From NCBI GenBank assembly GCA_951406725.2, contig OX597818.1:88722001-88786000 (forward strand): 64,000 bases of DNA. The letters are read 5' to 3'. Position 1 is the stretch's first letter, and every line of letters begins with the position of its first letter. Source of the stretch: Octopus vulgaris. Lineage: Eukaryota. Below are positions 42,974-55,322 of this stretch, in pieces. The notes beneath the pieces are model-generated. The model did no database searches, was not told the origin of the DNA, and saw only the letters and a program-made list of their open reading frames with translations. The translations under genes were made by a program, and so were the position numbers.

Positions 42974-43323
42974 TACACTTATACACAATAAAGAAACACA
43001 CGTAATACGTACACTCACATCTTTCGGTTAATCCACTCGCATAGGCATGCGCACAACACGAACACATATATAAATATATACGTATATATGTACATATAAG
43101 CCAATTCAGGTAACCACAAATCCCAAGAGACTGTCTTCAGCTAAACAAAGAACAGTCTCATGTTGTGAGGAATCGTATTCAATTCTGCAGAGAGGAATGA
43201 AAAAAACATAAGACCTCAAAGAAACACGTCGCGAGGCGCACGTACACACAGACACAAACATTCAAACGGAATCATGCAGACACACAAATTCAGGCAAATA
43301 TACATCCACACAGTGATTGAAAT

Positions 43324-43407
<84 letters not shown>

Positions 43408-43456
43408 ACACGCACAGACATATATTTGCAAACTCAGAAACGGACGCATATAAGTA

Positions 43457-43506
<50 letters not shown>

Positions 43507-43546
43507 TTTATATATTTATCCATGTATACATATATGTACATATATG

Positions 43547-43614
<68 letters not shown>

Positions 43615-43636
43615 TAAATAGAGAGATCGATCGATC

Positions 43637-43719
<83 letters not shown>

Positions 43720-44062
43720 GGATGGATGGATATATATTTAGATATAAATATATATGTGTATATATTCATATATAAATAAAATATATACAAATCACATCCA
43801 TACATACAACACAGACATACACGCGACCGCGCACGCCCACACACACACACACACACATACATATTTATGTATAATCTTTATCAGGCTAACTTGCCACACA
43901 TTCTTAGACATTATCCAGTTTTTCAGTTTTATTTCGTTACATTCTATTTTTGTCTTGTTTACGTGTAGAGAAATACTAAATATAAGATCTTTGACGATTG
44001 TTTGACCTCTACTACTTCTGACACTATAACTAGATATATATATATGTGTGTATATACGTATG

Positions 44063-44131
<69 letters not shown>

Positions 44132-44133
<2 letters not shown>

Positions 44134-44360
44134 TAGCAGAATTGCCCGGCGATGCTCGGGACTGAATGGCTTGAAAGTACTGTTAATGATTGCACTGAAT
44201 TATGATGATTATTCAGGCAAATATTGATAAAAGTTTACGGTGGGAGATAAGGACTTAACGATCAAACGTGTGCCATTGCATTGTTTTGGGGGAACGAAAT
44301 TTCTAATGACAATAGTCAAACAGTAATAATAATAATAACAAGAAACCTTTTTAATTTATC
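44132..44360 (-). mobile_element. Helitron 3' end (extent towards 45490 unresolved)
   Basis: Minus strand CCCGAGCATCGCCGGGCAATTCTGCTAG|T has nearly the same hairpin and CTAG end as 18741-18770. Confidence 0.7.
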
Positions 44361-45494
44361 CCCAACGTGATAAGTTGGTTAAAACTTGTAACTGCTGTTC
44401 AAGTGGGGAAACTTGAAATTTTAAATAAGTATGTGGTAATATCTAATCTTCAGTCTAGCAAATATTTGTAAGGATTTGAAGGTTCACGATACGAGTTATT
44501 TGCTTACTACGTCACCGGTTTTGAGACAACTGAGAAAGCGGTAAATACGCACTACGTCACTAATATTTAGTTGCTCTCTAAATCCTTGGTGAGGGAGCTG
44601 CATGTCTGATTAAACATTTGTTAATACTTGTAGTTTTAATATTTGTAGTTTTATTGTTTTTGAAAGTCGTATTGTCTTTTAAATAGTTTAATTAGCTTTA
44701 AACATAGCAAGGTTTATAATATTAGTTTAATACAACTATTTTTATTAGTTCCTATTCAATGAAATTTAAGTGTATGTTAGTCACCGGTAATTTAGTATTA
44801 TAACTTGTAGTGGTGATATATTAATGAGTATGTAGTGTTTCATTATTAACTTTTGAAAGATAAAATAATGTAGTTCACCCATAAAAATATTAGTTAAATT
44901 AAGTTCAATCGTGTTTTGTTTCGGAAAGAAATTTATAAGATCTGAACTTTCATTTTAGTAAAATCTATGGAAGACCGGTGGGATTATTATTTATATAGAC
45001 TTAAAGATGGATAGCAATTTCGCATATAATTAGTTATTGCAGTTTATCATTAATACCGATACAATGTATATTGGTTTAAATGTCTCTTGTTGTAGCTTTA
45101 GTAAGGTTTAATCCTGCTTATACATTGATTGATAAAATAATGTTGTTATTAAGCTTTACTTTTATATTACACTACGGAAGACGGGAGGGATTATAATTTT
45201 TTATCTTAATAGCGTTGTCGCTGTTTAGTTTCGTATTTAGGAAGGGTTGTAATTTACTTATGGAATATATTTATCGATACGGTTTACATTGGGTAAATGT
45301 GTTTGAAAGTTGTGGTTTCTTTGGTTTGTTTGTTTGTCCCCCAAACAATATTTATTTTAGTGTTGTTGACACCGCCGGATTGAATGGTATTGCCCAGGTG
45401 TCGAAACCATAATGATATCCGTAGGGCAGTTGTTGATGGAGGTACGTTGGATTGTTGGTATGGCTGTGGAATAGTATTATAACACATCCTTTTA

Positions 45495-45571
<77 letters not shown>

Positions 45572-45650
45572 TGTGTGTGTATGTATGTATGTGTATATAT
45601 ATGTATATGTATATATATGTATTTATGTGTGTATATATATGCATACCCGC

Positions 45651-46026
45651 ATACGGCTGTTCGACCTTGCTACCATTTTTTACTCCAGGAAGAGCCACCT
45701 CCAACTGGTTATGGATGCAATCTGTGCCCAGTATATATTGCATGCTGGGGAGCGCACCCCTATCATCTAGCAGACGACGGGATTACAAGACCGAACGGTT
45801 TCGGACTACTTGTGCCCATCGTCAGTGATGAACACCCAACCACTAGAAATAACAGGAATTCCCTCTAGCTCGCAATATATAGAAAACCAAACGACAATCA
45901 GTCACTGATTGTAGCAGTTAGAAAAATCGCATCAATATGGCTGTTCGATGTTACACGCGTTTCTAACCTCTGGAAGAGCCTCCTCCAGCTGGTTATCGAT
46001 GCAATCTGCACCCGGTATGTATTGCA
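45651..46026 (-). mobile_element. 284-bp unit with diverged terminal direct repeat of about 92 bp and an internal HHR-like motif (45789-45825)
   Basis: 45651-45742 resembles 45935-46026. Minus strand CUGACGA-U-GGGC-ACAAGUA-GUCC-GAA-ACCG-UU-CGGU-C. Confidence 0.65.
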
Positions 46027-47100
46027 CAGGCGTGGCTGTGTTGTAAGAAGACAGTTTCCCAGCCACATGATTCTAGATTCAGTCCCACTGCGTGGCACCT
46101 TGGGAAAGTGGTTTTTACTATAGCCTCGGACGGAAACCGAAAGAAGCCAGTCGTATACGTATATATAAATATTAAAAAATGGAACAAAACGCAATAGAAG
46201 ATAAAACATCCGGACAGATAGACGATACAAAGGCGGACAGGAAAACGACAATTAGAGGGAGAGGAAAAAAAGGACGGATCATTCGTGGTTTCCTCCATCA
46301 GTCAAATTACCAAATGTCTTTACAGTTTCGGGCAGTTATACTTGAAACTGTTCGATCTGGTTGCCTCCCAAAAAAAGTCCAAGCTAAGAGCATCAGATAT
46401 TTTTGTAAGAAAGCAAGCTAATGTGTACGACAACAAAGACAAAAAACGGAGAACATGTTACACAATTACAAATACAAACAACAAGAATATAACGACAGGT
46501 GTCTTTCGACTGAGGACGAGTCAAATTGAGTTGGCGTGTATAAAGTGAAAGCCTTAAGGCAGGAACATAGGAGATTGGCATAAGAGGTGTTGGCGGTCGG
46601 CAGCCAGGCCAAGAACGATCATGACTGGCCGAACACCGGTCACGTAGAAGAAGAGAGGTGTAGGGGGCAGCTGGATTGAAAGATTAGAAAAAAATCAAAG
46701 AGACAAAGAGAAAGTTACAGAGGAGATAAACGAGGAGGCAAAGTAGGAGTTAAAGAAAGAGAGGGCCAAGAATTGTGAGAAAGAGAGGGGGAGCGAGAAA
46801 AAGAAAAGAGGTAGAATGTATGAGAGGAACTACATGAAAAGAGTAAAAGAGTCGTGCAAAATTTTGAAACATACTTATTATAAGGTGAGCAAAAGTCGAC
46901 GTACGTCGCTATTTATAAATGTTCGTTATACATAATAATAAGATACACATGCCCATATATGTACAATGATAATTGTAACATCATCTTATATTTACAGACA
47001 TATATTATACATTGTACATATTCCACCAATTTATCTAACTTCCCCAGCTTAAATCTACCCCTTCTCTTTCCTTCCCCCTCAGTCATTTGTGCTATGTATG

Positions 47101-47148
<48 letters not shown>

Positions 47149-47157
47149 CATACATAC

Positions 47158-47204
<47 letters not shown>

Positions 47205-47218
47205 ATATATACACATAC

Positions 47219-47250
<32 letters not shown>

Positions 47251-47605
47251 ATACACATATATACATACATACATATATATATATATATAAAAGTACGATA
47301 GATAGATAGACAAATAGATAAAAATGTAGATATATATGGGTGTGCATGTATGTAAGTGTATATCTATGTGTATAAATATTTTATATATTTTCATATATAC
47401 ATATATATGTGCACACATATATATACACACACCTCTATACACATATATACATGCATGCACACGCACATCATACACATGCGTCTATACGTGTGGGAGTATG
47501 CATGAATATATATATATATATTTATGTATGTATATTACATATATGCAAATCTTTATACATATATATACGTACATATATATATATATATATATACCTTTAC
47601 ATATT

Positions 47606-47642
<37 letters not shown>

Positions 47643-47682
47643 ATTTACATATACATATATATGTAATTATATACATTAGTTT

Positions 47683-47722
<40 letters not shown>

Positions 47723-48200
47723 ATAGATAAATGCTATCTTATAAATATATATATTATATAGAAAAAGATCTATAAATGCTACCATCTACCTACACACACA
47801 CACACACACACACACACTTTCTCACATTTGTAAATAAACACCCATTCATATTTACGCACACTTATATATATTTGTTGAAGGACATATAGATATACATACA
47901 TAAACGCAGTTGCCGTCCGTTTTAGCAGCAAATCAAAATGCTTTTGTCGTCTGAACCTCTCGTTGATTGGTCAGGACATATCCTCACATGAATCATTCAC
48001 TTCTTCATGCTATTTCGGTTGTCGGACATATTTTTGCAGCACGTCTATCTTCCTGAACAAACGAAACAATGTCAACAAACGAGAAATAGATTGTGGATAG
48101 TAAAATTAAAAATGACTCCATTTTCTTGTCTTCCTACAGCGACAAATATTGTAAAAGCTACTGCAATCATATATCACCATAAATGCCATACTTTTTCTCC

Positions 48201-48250
<50 letters not shown>

Positions 48251-48291
48251 TCGTGTATTTCACGTTATTTATATTTATATATGTAAAGTTT

Positions 48292-48330
<39 letters not shown>

Positions 48331-49003
48331 CTTCTCTTCCATATAAATACATTCGAATGCTTATGGATATTTTGATACACTCACACACAGAAGCGCAGAA
48401 ACGCACGTACGCATATATAAAAGCGTATTTACATAGCTCAGAATATAGATGCATTTACACAAACAGTATGAAACAGCTCCGTATCTACTTAAGTGTATTG
48501 CTTGCTTTTCTACATATGCCGATTTAGCAAGCCTCAGATTTATGGGAGAAAGGGAAAATGAACAGGAGCAATATTTAAGACTTTCCATAAGATTTTATTA
48601 GATTACTGGATGTAGTGCTATCTCGTAATCGAAATTGTCAGCCCATTCCATCCGCCAAGATTTTAGCCAGATGGCATCGTATCTTCCAATGCGATCATAC
48701 ATCTCGTCAAACACACAATCACTCAGTTGGTTATGTTACAAAAGTATTGAAGTCAAGGGTGCCAACGTGGAAGTGTGGTTAAGAAGCTCAATTTGGAACC
48801 GAGTTGTTTCAGGTTCAGTCTCACTACGAGGTAACTTAGGCAAGTGTTTTTGTTTTTACTTTAGTTCTGAGCCGGAAGCTATGTGGACCCCGGCCGTGTG
48901 TGTGTGTGTGTGCGGGGGGGAGGTGATGCGGACCATACCGGACTGACTTGGTGCCTCAAATTTAGTACCTAATTCAACTGAATCTTAATTATTTATATAT
49001 ATA

Positions 49004-50070
49004 CAGGGATTGGACAGAATAATGGAAACACCTCGAAATTTCAAACAAATTTATTTTAATACGGGGTAAGACCGCCTTTGGCAGTAATTACAGCTTGAAT
49101 TCTACGAGGTATGGACTCGTACAAAATTTTGGATTATTTCCAAAGGAATCGTTGTCCATTCTTCAGCTAAAACAGTCTCCAGTTCTGGTGGTGATGACGG
49201 TGGAAGATACCGTCTCCTTACTTGTTTTTCTAAAATGCACCATAAATGTTCAATAATATTGAGATCTGGGGACTGCAGTGGCTAGATAAGATGTTCAACT
49301 TCACTAGAATGTTCCTCGTGCCATTCACTAACAACTTTAGCTGTGTGAATTGGTGCATTATCATTCTGAAAGATTGCGTTTCCCTGCGGAAACAGTTTTG
49401 CAACCATGGGATGAATTTGATCAGATAAAATGCTTAAATAGTTTCGACTATTAATTCTGCCATGAAGGGAAACCATTGGGTCGGCGGATTTCCAAGATAT
49501 AGCCCCAAGATCATCACTTGTGTACTCAGCCGGTGGTCGAAATAAGGTAAAGGATGACTCGTCCCAAAAAATAACATTCTTCCTCTGCTCTAGAGTTCAA
49601 TTCTGTAGGTTTTTAATCCACTCTAAATGCTTGGCAACGTATGTTTTTGAAAGTAGTGGTTTTCTGATTGCAGTTCTCCTGTGAAATCCGGCTTTATGCA
49701 GCACCCGGTGAACAGTTTTTGTGAAAACTGGGTTCTCGAGGTGGTCATTAAGCTCTGCAATAATTTTGGAAGTTGTACTTTTGTGATCTTTTCTAACAAT
49801 TCGCGTAAGTGTCCGACGGTCCCTATCTGAAAGTTTTAGTTTTCTTCCGGAGTTTTGTTTAGATGAGGAGGTTTTTCCCTCTTTCTCAAATGCTATCATT
49901 ACTTTCGAAGCAGTACTTCTTGATACACCAAACTTTTCGGCTGTTTTCATTACGCTAGCACCTGCCATACGAGCACCAACAATTCGACCTCTTTGAAAGT
50001 CCGATAGATCTGTCATTTTAAAGAATTTTAATTACCTTTTTCTGGTGATATCTGAAAAGAAACAGCATTT
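49004..50070 (-). mobile_element. Tc1-family transposon relic (one TIR seen)
   Basis: ORF 49597..50016 has the paired-like HTH (LSDFQRGRIVG...GVSRSTASK...SGRKLKLSDRDRR...RKPLLS), followed by FWDES, FQNDNAPIH and SPDLNIIEHLW. TIR-like CAGGGATTGGACAGAATAATGGAAACACC follows TA. Confidence 0.9.
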
Positions 50071-50555
50071 CGTAGTAGTTTTTTCTTCTTCGGTCACATA
50101 CTCTAGGCAACGTGGGGCTGCCCTGCCTAGTATCTGTTACCGAAGAGGAGATAACTATTTCATGATGCTTGCATCTGACAGTCTGAATAGGTGGCACTAC
50201 CTAGTGTCTGTGACCGAAGAGGAGATAACTGTTCCGAAATGCTTGCATCATACAGTCTAGACAGGTGGGGCTGGAACTGATATTGGTGTGTCAACACCAT
50301 TCTGTCTACAGCGAGAAATTTTCTCCATGACAAAACACAGTGAATGGCTAATTTACGAGTCCAAGCGCGCCAATCGCATATTTGAAATGGGAATAACTTT
50401 ACATTTCAAAGTATTTAATAAGCGATATTTTTCTGAAGTTAATCTTCATATGATTTCACAGTTAGTAGCTGTAGCATTTGCACTGTTTAGTATCAAATAA
50501 ATTTTAACTAATATGCAAATTTGAAGTGAATAAATTTATTACATTTATCGGTGAT

Positions 50556-51020
50556 CTTTTACTTGTTTTAGTCATTAGACTGCGGCTATACTGGGGCACA
50601 GTCTTGAGGGATTTTTTTAGTCTTGAGGAATGAATCGACGCCAGCACTTATATATTTTTAAACTATGTCAGTATTCTATTAACCTTTTTGCCGAACTGCT
50701 AAGTTACAGGAACGTAAACATACCAACGCCAATTCACAAGCGGTGGTGGGGGACAAAGACACACATTCATATACATAACTAACCACATACACACGTTCAC
50801 ATATATCTATCTTTCTCTCTCACTTTATATATATATATACATACGTACGTACGTACACACATGATAGGTTTCTTTCAGTTTCCGATTATTAAATCCACTC
50901 ACAAAGCTTTGTTTGACACGCGGGATATAGTAGAAGACACTTGCCTAAGGTTCCACACAGTGGAACTGAACCCGGAGCCATGTGGCTGACGAACAAAGTT
51001 CTAACCATACAGCCACGCCA
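50556..51020 (-). mobile_element. SINE family B copy
   Basis: Family B motifs. Similar flanks (ATATGCAAATTTGAAGTGAAT...TTTATCG) at about 50512 and 51028. Confidence 0.8.
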
Positions 51021-51572
51021 GCGACTGATATGCAAATTTGAAGTGAATGAATTTGTAGCATTTATCGAAGATTTAGTTGTATCTGGAGTGAGGTGGAGTC
51101 ATTATGCCAATAAGAAACACACGCACTGATTCTCTTTCACTTCATTATTCATTAATTCGTTAACTATTTAAAAATCAGTTAGTTAATTGTTTAATAGTTA
51201 ACTAGTTGACTAATAATGAAGTAGTGAAACTGAGTCAGTGTGTGTGTTTATTATTGGTATAATGACCTTCCGGAGACACAACAAAATATATTTCAACACA
51301 AGAGTTCACATCAAGAATCATGCCAGCCGAATACAAAAAGAATGTATTCATTTCGTTCGCAAAGCCTTCGCTTTCGTTGCTCAAAACTTTCTTTTCTTTA
51401 CAGGAAGAATAAAACCAAAATATTTCAAATTTGTGAGGCTTAACACTTAAAGATGAACCAATTGTTGGTTTCTCGTGTTTTTAATTTTTCCAATTTTCCT
51501 CTTCCTTTTAATCTGTAGCAAAGACAATGAAATTTAAAATTTACGTGGATTAGAAAACATAGTTTGTCAATT

Positions 51573-51805
51573 TTAATGGTAAAGAAGTTTGTTTATTATG
51601 TGACGGAATTGTTGAATCTTCGAATACACATTGTTTGCAGTCTGATCACAAGTCCTTAAATAATGGCTACCCTTTTCAACCTCAAACAACAAGGGAGATA
51701 ATATATAAAGAAAATTTAAGCTATTTGTCCAAATGTCTGTTTTTACTGGAAGCCTAATAAAATCTGCAAGAACCCTTATTGCTTCTTTCAAACTTTCTCC
51801 TTTTT
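51573..51805 (-). other. Possible terminal coding exon of an unidentified host gene
   Basis: Strong acceptor TGTTTTTGTTTTATTTTTACAG followed by an open, non-repetitive frame KGESLKEAIRVLADFIRLP...FRHIINKLLYH*. No homology recognised. Confidence 0.3.
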
Positions 51806-52207
51806 CTGTAAAAATAAAACAAAAACAGTAAATCAAATAATACATTCCAGGATAAGGACTTGTTAAAAGAAACCCTTTCTGGGTGGAATCGATACTGATT
51901 TAGCGGATTTTTTTTCCTCAAATGAATGTGAGTATGTCAGTAAGACAAGATTTACAGTATTCCAAGACGACAGTATTCGTAGAAGAATACACATAATTGC
52001 TATTTGATAAGCAGTTTTCGTCAAAGATTTCGTAGTAAATGATTAATACATATTATAATTTGACAAGTTAACAGCTCTGTTACAAACAACACATCTGATA
52101 TTATGATAACAATGGGATTGTAGGAAATTCCCAACTGAAGAACTACCGAAAATATTAGTGTTTGAAATGATCGAAAAACAGGTGAGTATACACACACACA
52201 CACACAC

Positions 52208-52271
<64 letters not shown>

Positions 52272-52839
52272 TAAAGATTAATAGAAAGACAGCAAATTTC
52301 AGGAGTCGATGTCCATTTCGTCAATATATTTCCCAACATCGGAATACTTCATAAAATTTCGGAATACTTCATAAAATTATACATAAATATAAATATATAG
52401 ATACAGTATAAAATATAAAACATAAGTATACCCTCATGACATCGTATGAAATTGTATGTCCGTCTTTGGAAACAATGAGAAAGATATATATGCACGGTCA
52501 AAATTGCATTAATCGAAATTATCAAATGAAGGAAAAGGTGGTTCAAAATGATTTTAAGAGGAATCCATAGCAAATTCACTGAAACTTCAGATTCATGCGG
52601 CCGTTTCAAGATCATGCGATATAAAATGGGAGAACCAGTTCCATCCATCTCAGTTATTCACAGTTCTTTCTTCAGAGATGACTTAAGGGAATTTAAAAGA
52701 TTTTGTTTTACATACTCTTCCTCTTTACTCTTTTACTCTTTTACTTGCTTCATTCATGTGACTGTGGCCATGCTGGGGGGAGGGGACACAGACACACAGA
52801 TATATACACACACATACATACATATATATATATATAACG

Positions 52840-54478
52840 GGAAGCTTTATGAAAATAGACAAAAGACGAAGGCAGGTGGGAAACAAACAAACAATTGTAT
52901 TAGTATGGCGCTCAGGAAATATAAATAAAACAAGTCTTTAACGTTTCGAGCCTACGCTCTTCAACAGAAAGATACACAGAGAGAAAAAAAACACAGAAAG
53001 AAGGAAAGAAAAAAAATGCGTGCAGTAACTAACGAATCAACATGGCGATCTGATTTCGGCCAAATGTCAAAGATCAAACATGAGACGCGAGAGCGAAATA
53101 AGGGGAGATAATAGGGTTGATAATAGGGTTGAATGACCAGCTATTAGTGCGTAGGAGAGGTCTGGACGTGTGTATGTATAGGGTTGGTGTATGTATTAGT
53201 ATGTATTAGTATGTATAAGGGTGTGTGTGTGTGTGTATGAGAGAGTATTAGTGCGTATGAAAGGTCTGGACGTGCGTATGTATGGGGTTGGTGTATGTAT
53301 TAGTATGTATTAGTATGTATTAGTACGTATTAGTATGAATAAGTGTGTGTGTGTGTGTGAGAGAGAGAGTATACGTGCGTATGAGAGGTCTGGACGTGTG
53401 TGTGTATAGGCTTGGTGTATGTATTAGTATGTATTAGTATGTATTAGTACGTATTAGTATGTATTAGTTGGTGTATGTATTAGTATGGCACATCATATAT
53501 GATGTGATGTGTAAAGTCGTGTGGTGTAGTGTGGAGAGAGGAGAAGAGGGGGAGGGGGAGGAGAGGGGGAAGAGGAGAGGAGGGGGAGAGGGGAGAGAGA
53601 GGAGGGGGAGAAGGAAGTGGAGGAGGAGGGGAGGAGGAAGGAGGAAAGAGGGAGAGGGGGAGAGAGAAGGGGAGTGAGGAAGCAGAGGGAAGGGGAAGAG
53701 GGAAGGAGGGAGGGAGAAAGAGGGAAGAAGGGAAGGGGAGTAGGGGTGAAAGGATGAAGAACTGAAGAAGTAGGGGTCGGGGGGGAAGGATAGGTGAGGA
53801 GGGGGGAGAGGGGGGTTAGATGAGGAGGGGGGGAGAGTTGAGACCAAATGGCGTATAAGAGCGAAGAGAGAAGATTAATTCCTGTTCACGGCGCAAACGG
53901 GAATCCGGATGGCCTCTGTGTAAGGACAAACCGAACACAGATAGGTGTTGCAAGGAGTGACCGGTGGAGCGGAAATGGCGTGAGACCGGTGTGTCGTTCG
54001 CAAGGTGGATGTCACGAAGGTGTTCCGCGAACCGGTCAGCCAAGCGGCGTCCCGTTTGTCCAATGTACAAGGAATTGCAGAGAGAGCAAGAGACGCAATA
54101 GATAATATTGCTGGAGGTGCAGGTGAAGGAGTGGATGATGGGATAGGGTCGATGGTGGGTGCTAGTGAGGAGGGTGGTGTTGGAGAGGTAAGGGCAAGTG
54201 CGGCAACGTGGGTGGGAGCAGGGGAACGAGCCGGGTTGGGAGGTAGGGTCAGGGAAGGAGCTATGGACCAAAAGGTCTCGAAGGTTGTGGGCTCGTTTGA
54301 AAGAGGGGAGGGGTCGGTTAGGGAAGAGGTGTGAAGTGGACGGGTCGGACTGGAGATGACGGAAAGCTCGAAGAATGGTGCGTTGGAGACGTAGGGTCGT
54401 GGGGTGGTAAGTGAGGGGAAAAGGGAGGCGGGAGACTACAGGGCGGGTTCGGGGAGAGAGAGCAGATACACGGTCCAC
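52840..54478 (-). mobile_element. 5'-truncated Penelope-like element: GIY-YIG end, low-complexity/minisatellite 3' region and pLTR with HHR-like motif (52935-52972)
   Basis: See the ORF at 53816-54478. The HHR-like motif is identical to 40662-40699. Confidence 0.88.
53816..54478 (-). pseudogene. Penelope-like (Neptune-type) C-terminal linker and GIY-YIG endonuclease, uninterrupted 220-codon fragment
   Basis: LTYHP, FKRAHNLRDLLV, CSHPRCRTCPY (Cys-rich linker), FTCTSSNIIYCVSCSLCNSLYIGQTGRRLADRFAEH, VSRHF...H, RREQELI...PFGLN. Confidence 0.92.
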
Positions 54479-54489
54479 GGACCGTGCTC

Positions 54490-54585
<96 letters not shown>

Positions 54586-54649
54586 CATACATACATACAT
54601 ACATACATACATACATACATACATACATACATACATACATACATACATA

Positions 54650-54830
54650 CGACGGGTTTCGTTCAGTTTCCGTCTATCAAATCCACTCACAAGGCTTTGG
54701 TCGACCCGAAGCTATAGTAGAAGACAATTGCCCAAGATGCCACGCAATGGGAATGGACCCAGAACCAAGTGGTTGGTAACCACGCTACTTACCACACAGC
54801 CACTCCTGCACCTATATCCACTCCTGTGCC
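54650..54830 (-). mobile_element. SINE family B 5' half
   Basis: Minus strand GGAGTGGCTGTGTGGTAAGTAGC... head. Confidence 0.8.
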
Positions 54831-54994
54831 TATGTAAACAATTGTAAAGGCTTGTAAACAATTGAAAAAAGAAAAACCCTCTACGAAATTGTTTTGCGAA
54901 AAGTCAAAAACCAAACTGAGGTATACTATAAGATATCATAAAATATTGGGAAAAGGAAAAATTATCAATCAATTATTATGGTGAAAATTCAAAA

Positions 54995-55322
54995 ACAAAG
55001 TTTGAGATACTCTCTAAGCGTCCATCAAACGAATTACAATTTTCGTATCTTCTGCGCCGCATTAACTTGCAAAGACACGAGTCGACTGCAGAACGGTGGG
55101 TCACAAAGTGTTGTTTATTCACTCATTTTAGGCAGGCCTATTTGCTTTGAACTTGTTGCGTGTGGGTCCCATTTTTCGAATTAATAAACTCAACGCTGTA
55201 GTTCACCGTTTTATGTCAAAAATTATATCTATCAATTTCCGGAATGAGAAAATAGGCCCTCTACAAGGCACTGACAATTGTTGTTCCTGGAAGATCCGAA
55301 TGCCGCATGCATTCCTCTTGAG
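54995..55322 (-). pseudogene. Merlin/ISXO2-like transposase, C-terminal half
   Basis: LPGTTIVSAL*RAY...TVNYSVEFINSKNGTHTQQVQS...AVDSCLCKLMRRRRY matches the PGT.I.SD.W.AY / VNHS..F....G.HTQ.IE / L.EF.WR motifs of the family. Confidence 0.75.

Noticed and set aside
46315-46400. Minus-strand CUGAUGC...CCCGAAACUGUA motif
   Set aside because: Core and stem I do not fit. It may be a Penelope-related remnant but is not supportable as an HHR.
48593-48645. GATTAC/GTAATC stem followed by GAAATTGTC
   Set aside because: The upstream core is too degenerate and there is no stem I.
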